A stretch of DNA of 64,000 nt from the human T2T-CHM13v2.0 reference genome, Homo sapiens. The stretch lies in NCBI RefSeq assembly GCF_009914755.1, contig NC_060938.1. One strand, given 5' to 3'. Numbering within the stretch: the stretch's first letter is position 1; each line of letters begins with the position of its first letter. The notes under the pieces are model-generated. The model worked only from the letters and a program-made list of their open reading frames with translations. It was not told the origin of the DNA and made no database searches. The translations under genes and the position numbers were made by a program. Positions 38,440 to 49,382 of the stretch are shown piece by piece.

Positions 38440-41400
38440 GTATCGTATGAAGTACCCTCTGCCACTTCGTTTGGGCTTGTCTTCCCTTTCTTTTCTGATT
38501 TTCATTGGTTTGATTGAATTCTTTGTTTGTTTCTTGAAAGTTAGCTGCTCACCTCTTGTTTAACAGACCCAGGATAAAACCCAACAGCAGCGATCACCTT
38601 CTCCTTGTTTCTGCATGAGGTTTTGATGTCAATTTCTGGTTTCTGACAGTGGTGATTTCTTTACTAGATTATTTGTTTTCTAAGTTTCCTTTCTTGGTTT
38701 TTTGGAATCGTTTAGCTTTGTGTAAAACACGCTACTTTGGTCCATCTTTTGATCAATCATATTCCCATAAGTCCAACTCCTCAGTCACCACTCAAAACAG
38801 TCACAGCTGAGGTCAGGGACAGGGCAGGAAGTGGAGGCAAAATGTTGACGGTGGGGTTGTAGGAAATTAAACTTTGTGGGTAGGGTGAGAAGTACATTGT
38901 TTCTAGCTCCACAGCTACTATTCAAATGGAGAATTCTGGTGGCCTTGATGACACTGATATCTCCTTTGACTTTCTCCTAGAGGGAGGACAAGTAGATTGT
39001 TGTTCCCTTGGAAAATAATTCCCTAAGTTGAGTCTGTGACACGTGGAAGGAAAATGTGTCTCCTGATACGTATACCCATTTTTCTTCTTGACATTCTTAA
39101 CCATCACTCAGCATCCCCTTGTGCAAAGATTGTTACCTTGTACTATCACTCACTAATAACTCTCTTCTTCTTATATAATACATATCTATTTTACCTCAGA
39201 GTTGAAAAATTATGACTTCAAATTTGTGGCTTTATTGGAATAGGATTTTCTCTTTCATTGTAATTACCTATAACAGAATCTTTAGAAATTTTCCTTTATA
39301 TGGCCTCATATTCTCTTCTGCTATTGACCTTTACTGAATTCTAATTGATATTCTATAGAGATTGGGATCCTCTTGGTTTTTGGCAAGGAAAAAACAAACA
39401 AACACTCCATTTCTGCTGTTTCTAATCAGCAGAAAGTCAATACCCAGCATTGATAAGATTAGTGAGACAGCTGGGTCCAAACTTTCTAAGCTAGTGAATG
39501 TATTTGGGTACGTAGAATATGTTTGGATACAGTGATACCTTATAAAGATTTCAGTGAAATGGTTTGTCAGAGCCATGGAGAAAAAATGATGAACAAATGT
39601 ACCAGATGCAAGATCATATGTAGGCCCACATGTCCTGGTGGGAAGGTGGGGTTTTTGAATCCATACCAATCTTATCTGCTGTCAGGTCAACTGGACACAC
39701 TTGGAAAATGCCTACATCATAAACCTAAAGACTCTGGGACACAAAGGACTGTTTTGAGCAGTGACTTCTTTAGTTATGTCTTTTTTTTTTCTTCTAGTTT
39801 TCAGTGTTTACAGTACCGTGCTCTTTTTCTTGTCCAACTTCATTTGATTTCTGTTGTCAGTGTGTCTCTTGGTTTTTCTTTTGTTTGTGTATTGTGTGTT
39901 TGGTCATTTTAGGTTATATTTTTTTCTTTTGCTGGATCTTTTTGTGTGCGTGTGTTCCTGAGTTTCCAATCCTCCCCGCCATCAACCATGGTAAATCAAA
40001 AGATGGTATTCAACCCTTCAAAGGCCCAAAGCCTGCGGCCCGCATAGCAAACAGCCTTGAGAACACAGCGTATTGAGCAGCCTACAGAGACTGGCATACC
40101 CCTGACCCTACTACCTTCCATCCCTGCACCATCCTACCCACCTTAAATCAATATAAGAGTGTGTTACCTAAAACCAACAGCCAGCAGCTGATTATCTCCT
40201 CAGAAAAAAACAACAGAAAAAAAAAAAAAACAGAACCAAATACAACCCCATAACTAGCTCACTGAAAAAGATGATGAAGACAATTTTTATCTCTGGATCT
40301 ATTTCAAAGTCAGAGAGAGACAAACATATGAGAATGATTCAGCCCCACGGGATCCTGAGGGAGTGTACACAGTGTCATTAAACAGACATTTTTTTCCCCA
40401 TTAGGTGTTGTTTAGTAAAGATTAGAGTGTCAACTTTGACAGGTCTCACATCTTAGAAGGAAAAACTGGGGTCAGTGGGGGTACAAATAAAAGCGTATAA
40501 GAAATAAGGAAATAAGTGTACAGATTCTCATTCTCTCTCTCACACACACACACATACACCTTGAGTTGGTCATACATCCCACATGCATTTCTAGAAGCAT
40601 TATTTTTGTATTTTAAACTCTAGTCAAAGTCTGAGAGATGTGCTTTTCCAATAGACTTTGCTTTTTTTTTTTTTTTTTCCCCCTTTGGCTTCTTTTGTTG
40701 CAATTTCAATCTAGCTCCTGCTGCGTTGAACCATCTCAGGCAAAGGAGAGGTAGCCTCTCTGTAGAGAGCACTGTGCTTGTCCAGAAGCCATAGTTAATT
40801 TTTTTTACACCAAAGGATAGGTTCATCATAATTACTGGTTTGAATTTATTTAACTTTCTTTCCAACCTGACATGGAAAACTGAACTTAAACTCTCATGCT
40901 TGTGTAAATGCAGCTCTTCATATCCACGCCTTGTTTAAAGGTTTTCCTTCCGTTCCCTCCCCAAAATATACCCCTTTGCAAATATTTTCTTTCTCTTTGC
41001 CGTGAATTTGTGTTTCATTTTTCTCAATTACAGAAGAAAATGTATCCAAGTAGAATTTGTCTTCACATGCATTCCACCAAAATTAATTTCAAATGATCAC
41101 TTTGCTCCCTCACTCTATTCAAGTTGTGTCTTTTTTCTAGCCCATGCACTAACAATATTTTAGTTTATTTCAAATTGATCACACATATGCATTCATGATA
41201 TAAAAGCCTAGTATATATTTCTCTGATGTAACATATCTTCCAAATGTCAAGGAGACTAGGGTTTTCCAATGGCTTTATCTTCTGCAGGCAGCCATATGTG
41301 GTGCTAACAGGTATGAGAAATATCCTATAACTCAGCACAACTTTTAAAAAGTTGAGAGGTTGACTATTGATCAACCATATTTTGATTCTTTAGAATTATA

Positions 41401-42065
41401 AGCTATAACATTTTATTATTACAGCATATTTAAAGATTTAAAAGACCTTATCTTATTTTAATCTCATGATCTCATGGATCTCATGCGATTAATGATAATC
41501 TCATGATAATTTTGTGAGATAAATCAAGCAAGTGTTTTTATGCTTACTTTTACAGATGTGTAGCACAGAGAGAAATATATTACTTTTCAAAGCTTACATA
41601 AAAAGTTGGAGACAGAGCTGGAACTAGAACCCATGTCTCTAAACTGCTAGATCAGCCTGCGTTATTTGTTTCCTTCACAGATCAGCACTATGGGTCAATG
41701 ATGTGTTAGTCTTAATGGCTTCCAATTGTTTTTATGATGGTCACCTTTGAAACACACACAGAGAGAATCTCCATTTTCCTCAGTGCCCAGTTTGAATTGA
41801 GCTGCACTAGGGAAAAGACAGTTGATATGGACAAAACCTTTAAAAGATCCTTAGCAGAGTGCCAGGAGCCCTTCTTCAATGGCAGACTCTGAGGGAGTGG
41901 CATGTAGTTTGGTAAATTGCATTTGAATTCTCCAGATGTTCTCTCTCTGGAAATGTGGACTTGCTATTACTGTTTACCAAACACATTATTGAAGACACAC
42001 AGCTCTTAGAAACATTTACCTCTTCCATGCTCGACCCAAAGCTCAACAACGAGAAAAACTTTCTT

Positions 42066-42413
<348 letters not shown>

Positions 42414-44667
42414 CTATCATTTACCATAATTTAAAACAAAACAAAATTAAAACAGGCAACACACAGATATGAACACATACACATCAAAAGATATGCCAAG
42501 ACTTAGGCAGACTTTTTTCAAGCAAAAAGTCTGGCTGCTACCAAACGTAGATTTAAAGGAAATTGCCTTCCCAACTCAGTTCTTTGACTCATATTTTTTA
42601 TTTAAAAAACCACATATATAAATGTGTATGTGTGCGTGTGTCTATATACACACGCACACACACACATATTTATACATATATACATACACATTCAGTAACA
42701 AGAACACCCCCTCAGAGCCTATCAAGAAGGCTCTGGGATAGATTTTCCTTCTCAAACCACTTGTTCTTCAGGTAAAATAACAAAGTAATTCTTCACATAT
42801 TGAGGTAAAGTAAACAAACTGTCTGCCATCTTGAAAGCGCCAAGCTCTTACATTGGTTTAAAGACCGCATCCACTTTACATGAAATCATTTGAGTGATCC
42901 AGAAAGATGAGCCCAAGCCACCACCTCTCACTAGGCCAGCTTCTTGTCTAATAATAAAATCCTCAGCTATGCAGAAGCCGAAGACAAAACCCACTTGTTG
43001 TTTGCAGTCCTTGGGTTTGTTGCTTTAGGCTCACTCTTCCTCTCATAAGCGTGCCCATACACCAGTTTCCTCTCTCTCTTTAATATGTCAGGAAGGGACA
43101 TTTCTCCAGCTTTGGGTGATGGTAGGTGCAGTCAGTAGCTGAAGCCATCACCTCTTCCTCCCTCCCTGCCCTCCCTCCTTCCAGTCCTCACCAGGGGCAT
43201 GGCCTCCTCTGTCTGGTAATCATACCGGTTGCTCCAGGGCTGTTTGCTCCCACTTTTCTGTTGCGGTTGACGACACATGACAAACCTAACCGCACGAAAC
43301 CAAACCCAGATTTTTCTCAAGAGATGTTCTTCTCGGGAACAAATAAGCATTCTGCCTCCTTACTCAGAATAACTGGGTGCTATAAATCGCTCCTCTCCAG
43401 ATTTCACGTAGCTTCATTCTCCCCTTTATTCTTGCTCCTTTAAAATGATTCACTTTGGGGAATTCAAATGGTGGCATCATCCTTGACAAGTCCTCTAAAA
43501 ACTACTGGGTCAACCTTAAGCAGAAGAAGAGTACTTTGTGACTATATTTTCCCCTCTATCTTTCTTCCTTTAAAAAAAAAATCATTTCGCTTCTACCTTT
43601 TAGTATCTAACGGTAAACAAATCCTTATTGGAATTTCCACCATGATAAACCAACCTTAGGCTGAACCGGGCAGCTTGGTAACAACTAACCTGAGACCTTT
43701 CTCTGACCTTTTCTGCCCAGTCCCCTACTATGCCCACTGATTCTACTCAAGGACTTCTATGTTGTGTGTCCATGACTCCCAAGCAGAGATTAATACAATG
43801 ATAGATATGCTGATCTCTGGCACAGAATACCTTGTCTGATTACTAGCTCTGCCCAGTTGGTCACTCTTTTCTTCCCTCCCTTTCCCATTTAAAAAAGTGA
43901 AACAAAAACCAAAAAATTTTCTCTCCTCAAGATGTGGAATCACAGAGTGAAATACTCAAGATGTCAAAGGTGCCGAGACCTCCTCCACACGTGCCTGGCT
44001 TGCCTTCTCCCTGAATGCTGTGGGCACTTGATTCAGTCTGCGTATTCAGGCAGGAAGACAGAGATGGGCTGCGCGAGGGGGTTGATCTGGGAGCCTTTGA
44101 ATCACTAGCAATCAGAGAACCCAATTCATTGTGATAACATCATACAACTCCTTTGACCCTACACCCGACCCCACCTCTCTAAAATCTGGGATGGGTGTTT
44201 GTGCGGTTAGCTGTTTGCAAGTGGCCATTTTATGACAGGAAATGACCAGGTGGTGTTAACCCTTTCCTTACCACTAAGGAAGATGGCAAGTCTGCCTATG
44301 CAAATTTCTATAGCATTTGGGGCCCAACCTAAGGAGAGGGTGGAGGGAGTTTGATTTTAGAAAAAGAGAAAGGGTTAAGTACTTCACTGAGCAACTTCAT
44401 GGGCAGATTTTTTAAATGATACAATCAGTCAGACTGGTGATATGTCTTTGGAATACTAATACAAAAATTGTGTTAATGCTACTTTAAAAACGAATTTTAA
44501 GAAAATAAATTATAGAGGAAAATAGAATATAACCTGCATTTGGTGGGGGGAATTATTGCCTATTTTTCCAAGTTTGACAAAATTAATATTTCAAAGTCCA
44601 GGTTTGAAATACTTTATATAAAAGAATAGCTTTTTTTGAAAAAAAAAAATGTTTGGTGTCTACTGTG

Positions 44668-44722
44668 GATATATATGTATACCAGTATATATCTCTATAC
44701 ATATGTGTATATATATGTGTGT
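44668..44722. repeat. (TA)/(TG) low-complexity tract upstream of the microexon
   Basis: Visible dinucleotide runs. Confidence 0.85.
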
Positions 44723-44931
44723 GTGTGTATATATATATGTATCCAACTTTACTAAATAATATACTGTACATATACACCCACCCTTAAACTTGTACATACT
44801 TTATATATATAAAATGGCCACATTTCTTACGTGTGTCTGTCCCCGGAAGGGTGGACTGATTGTTTTTGGATGTCTGCAGCTGTTACCTTGAAGGATGCAA
44901 TTTCATCTTTCATTTATTTTTCCCCATCTAG

Positions 44932-44958
44932 ACTGTATCAGGATAAACTGTAACTCCA
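44932..44958 (+). CDS. NRXN3: NRXN3 alternatively spliced SS3/AS3 microexon, 27 nt, encoding (D)CIRINCNS(S)
   Basis: ttttccccatctag|ACTGTATCAGGATAAACTGTAACTCCA|gtaagt. Read in phase 1 after the upstream exon it gives DCIRINCNS, the known alpha-neurexin SS3 insert in LNS4. Canonical AG and GTAAGT sites. Confidence 0.96.
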
Positions 44959-45764
44959 GTAAGTTTTCCCTCAAGTTTCATTTTGTTCTTTAAAAAAAAA
45001 AAAAAAAACTGACTTTATTTTGTTTACTGTTTTATGAGCTGTTTTTTATTTGAATTATTTTTTCTTTTAACAATGGAGTGGGGGGGACCTGGGGCTAAGA
45101 AGATGGGGGGCTGGGTGAGGGTGAAGGGCTGAGTGTGGTTTTGGGTGTGGTTTCTGAAGTGAGGGCAGGTCCTCTCTTCTTTCCTTGCATTTGCTCTATA
45201 TGAAGAAAAGAAGGCAAGGGCACATGAATAATGAAATAATGAAAAATCAAGTTGAAATGATGATTTATTGTTTTTGGGAGGTAACTCTGAGAGTGAACAA
45301 AAAGCTTTAGGGCAACCAGCATGCACTTCTCCACTACCAAACAGTTTAGAAAATAAAAGCACTGTTCTTGACCCACAGGTGGCTGCCAACTCTGACATTT
45401 CTTTCCCAGTATTTATCTCTGTTGGGAACTTCTAGCAGGTGGGCAGATCACTGCTATTGGTGATAAGGCAACACTTTAACCAAAGACTTGAGACACACTC
45501 TGTCTCTGCAAAAGGAAGAACTGCAGTATTATTTTCACCTTATCCCATTCAGATACCCTAGTTCTTGAAGAAGGGTCCTAACAAGGCACAGGATGAAAAC
45601 TACTCATGTATTTCTTCCTCTTCCTTAGAAGTAAACATTAGCTTGAGTCAACATGTAGAAGGGGAATATGAAGATAAATAGGAAGAATAGGCACAAGAGA
45701 AAGAATAGGCCTAGATGATGAAAGGAACAAAGGAAGAAATATGCTTTGAGTACTATAGCATATT

Positions 45765-46172
45765 ATATTAGGCTTATTAATACTAACTACTGTAACAAGC
45801 AATCCCAACATTATAATGGCTCAACAAAAGAAGGTTTTATTTCTTGTTCAGTCAAAGTCCAATGCTAATTGGTCAGTTTTCCCAGACAGCTCTCTTCAAA
45901 GAGGTAATTCAGGGATCTAGGATCCTTCCATGAGGTGGGTCCACCACCTCGGAGTTCTTTACTTCTGGCTGTATCCGTAGGGAAGAGAGAGAGAGAGAGA
46001 GCTTGGGTGGTTGTGCAGTAGGTTTTATTGCCTTGCCTGGAAGTAACAAACATCGCTTCTATCCATATTTGGTTTGCTAGACATGACTCCATCCTACATG
46101 CAAAGGAAGCTGGGAAATGTAGTCGGCTAGTGCACCCAGGAGAAGAAAAACTGGATTAGTTGATATCTAGCA
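45765..46172 (-). mobile_element. Old MLT1 (K/L-like) LTR
   Basis: actgtaacaagcaatccc..aatggctcaac..attcagggatctagg..tgcaaaggaagctgggaaatgtagtc. Confidence 0.7.
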
Positions 46173-46623
46173 CATGTAATTCTCCATAGTATCTCATCAT
46201 CTTTAAAATTCTTTCCTCACTAGGAAAAATCCAACTTTTACATTTGGTTTACTTGTTGATTCCATCCTAGTAAGTCTTTTATAGGTGCTAGTTTAAACTT
46301 CTTTCTTGGTAGAAGATATATTATAGGCATGACAAACTAATAAAGCCCAATTCTACTTTTTGGGGGGCAAATGTTCCATCTAAGTTAACACAAAAAGAAG
46401 AAATTTAAAATATCGATATAAGCAACTGCTTACTAAATAGAGTGCTTTATCCTTGTCTTGGCATCACTTACAGTTATTTTAAGCAATGGCCTATTTTCTG
46501 TGTTTAAATATTTCTAATTAGCCAGAAATTTGTCATGATATTTAGATCATTAAAAGCCTAATTGAAACATCCTTTCTCTCCAAAGCCTGGAGTTTTCTGT
46601 TCCTGTTTTTTTGGTTTGTTTGT

Positions 46624-46925
46624 TTTTTTAAGCAGCTTTATTGAGATACAATTTTCATACCACTACATTTACCCATCATAAACCTACAGTTTAAGGATGA
46701 TAATTAAACTTATAAAGTTGTCCAAATATCACCACAATCACATTTTAGAACATTTCCATCATCCCCAAGATTTCTTTTCTGGTCATTTGTAGCTAATCCC
46801 TGCTCCTACCCATCGTCCTAGGTAACTATTGGTGTGCTTTGTTCCAATAAATATGCCTTTTTTGGACATTTTATGTACATGGAATTAGACAAATTGTTAT
46901 ATAGTCATTGTATCTTGCTTCTTCA
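46624..46925 (-). mobile_element. L1MB-type 3' end
   Basis: cagctttattgagatacaatt..ttttagaacatttccatcatcccc..ggacattttatgtacatggaat. Confidence 0.8.
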
Positions 46926-48947
46926 AAAAATTTTAATGGCATTTCTATGGAAATATTTTCTCTTTCCTTTTGCATTGGTTTTCAGAAGGAAATAAGGTGG
47001 AAACCCAGCATGAAGGTGGAAAGCCTCGTATCCGAAGCTACATCTAGCATCTTGTAGCTTCAGAGACTTATTTGGAGAACAGGGAACTGAGGCAGTTATT
47101 TAATCAGGATATCAGAATTTGCTTTTGCTGTTCTATCCACACTTTCTCATGAAGTCAATCCCATATATTCCACATGATCAGCCACGGAAAGTCATCATAA
47201 GACAACTCCCAGGATTACCTCTGTTGGGAAGATGGTGACACAGATGACAGCAGGTTTTCTTAATCTGATAAAATATTTTCTATTTACACCCCACCAAAAA
47301 CAGCATTGAGAGGAAAATATGTCAGCAAAGTTATATTCCCAGCTTTGATCACAAAGTATAGAAAGAATATAACTGATTTCAATTCAATACTTACATAAAG
47401 AATCAAGATTAGATTTTGGAAATTGTTTTTGAGATTTTCACAATAAACCTTTAATGTACTAAGAACATTTATTTTGTTGGAAATTTAATATCAGAGAAAT
47501 AATACAGTGCTCAATGGTTGACCAGTGTTTGACTGGAAAAAACAAATATACATGGGTCTTTTAAACTAATCTAACACCTTTAGAGCTAAACAATGTAACC
47601 ACGTATCTAGGGTTATGTAGAGTCACAAAGTAAATATAATACATTTTTTTCTGAAGCTAATTTTAATTGTTAATATGGAGTAAAAGTTTAAATTGAAACC
47701 AAATTGATATATTATGCAGAAGAATGCAAATAAGCATAAATCTTTAAGAAAAAAACATAAGAATTCAAAGACATTTCATTTTTATTGTGAATCTTCTCTA
47801 TTTCATCCCTGGTATTATTGGCATTTGAGTGGAAAAGTTTGAGAAGACTATGCAATTAAATTTGGAGAGAAAAAGGGCCTACATGATCCGAACTTCTAAG
47901 CCCCTCTTCTTATTGACTCCATGTCAGATTTCATAGCTTGACCTGTTACAGGATCTCACATTGTCTCTGTAATAGGTGTGCCGGTCCTTACTCTTACCTG
48001 ATTTTCAACTGTGAGAGTATTTGCACCCTGGGTTTGAGGGAGAGGAGGTTTTCCCTGAGCCTTACCTCTTGCTGCTATTTCAATAGAAGTCATAGGGTAC
48101 CTTGCTTAATTTTCAAAACAGAGCTTCTTTTTTTTTTCCCCCTTGAAGGGAAATACTGAATTAAATTTGAATCAAGGTGGATTATAAGTTTGTGAACTTT
48201 TTCAGTCATTCTTTTTTAGAATGCCTGTCCTCTGAAAAGTCACTTGGGTAAAATACTGAATGACATCAGCTATTTTTTTTTCCTGTTCATCTGCTATAAA
48301 GTGTTGTTTGTTCTGGGAAATGGCTATTTCCAAGGCATTCTGTGACACTCTTTAATGGAGACAAGAGCATGAAAAAGAAGGATGATCTTCCAGCATCGAG
48401 AGAAATCAATGGGCCATGAGAGAGAAGGGTGATCTTGAGGGGAAAAAAAGCAGTTTTCTTCTAGCCTTCTTCCTTTTGGCTTCACTTCCTGGCCCTTTTG
48501 TCAGAGACTATGGCCCAGTTCCATGCCAAGTATTTCCTCCCAAGAAGAAAAGCAATTTTCTAATCAGCTCTTCTTTCTGCCTTTCTTAACTTCTCTTTTT
48601 TAATACTTTGTCTTTCCTCATGGTATCTATGATATATTCATTATTATTCATTACAAATCCTACTACTCCTGCTTTCCAAATCCTCCAAGAATACCACACC
48701 ATAAATTGCTCTCTAGTTACTATCAATAAACATATATTACAGAGTGTGTAAATCAAGGTCTTTGGTTGAATCAAGTTTGTTGCTGAATTTGATTCATCTG
48801 GCGGGAATGTATTTCTTAATACACTTAATACATATAGTTCTAGCTTAGAATTTATTTTTAAATTGCAAAAGAACAACAGAGTTGGCAGCCATCATGGCGA
48901 ATTGAACTACAGGGTGACCTGGAACACTACTAAAGGAAAACAGAACT

Positions 48948-49382
<435 letters not shown>

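Noticed and set aside
38229-38450. 73-aa ORF as a standalone gene
   Set aside because: It is the NRXN3 exon plus a few intronic codons; the TTG start is inside the splice acceptor.
41034-41049. Possible microexon after ttctcaattacag
   Set aside because: Only weak donors and lengths not divisible by three.
41680-41698. RE1/REST-like TCAGCACTATGGGTCA
   Set aside because: Right half-site deviates from GGACAG at several key positions.
38927-41934. Exact 10-bp complement TGGAGAATTC / GAATTCTCCA
   Set aside because: Isolated, partly palindromic, and expected by chance over this distance.
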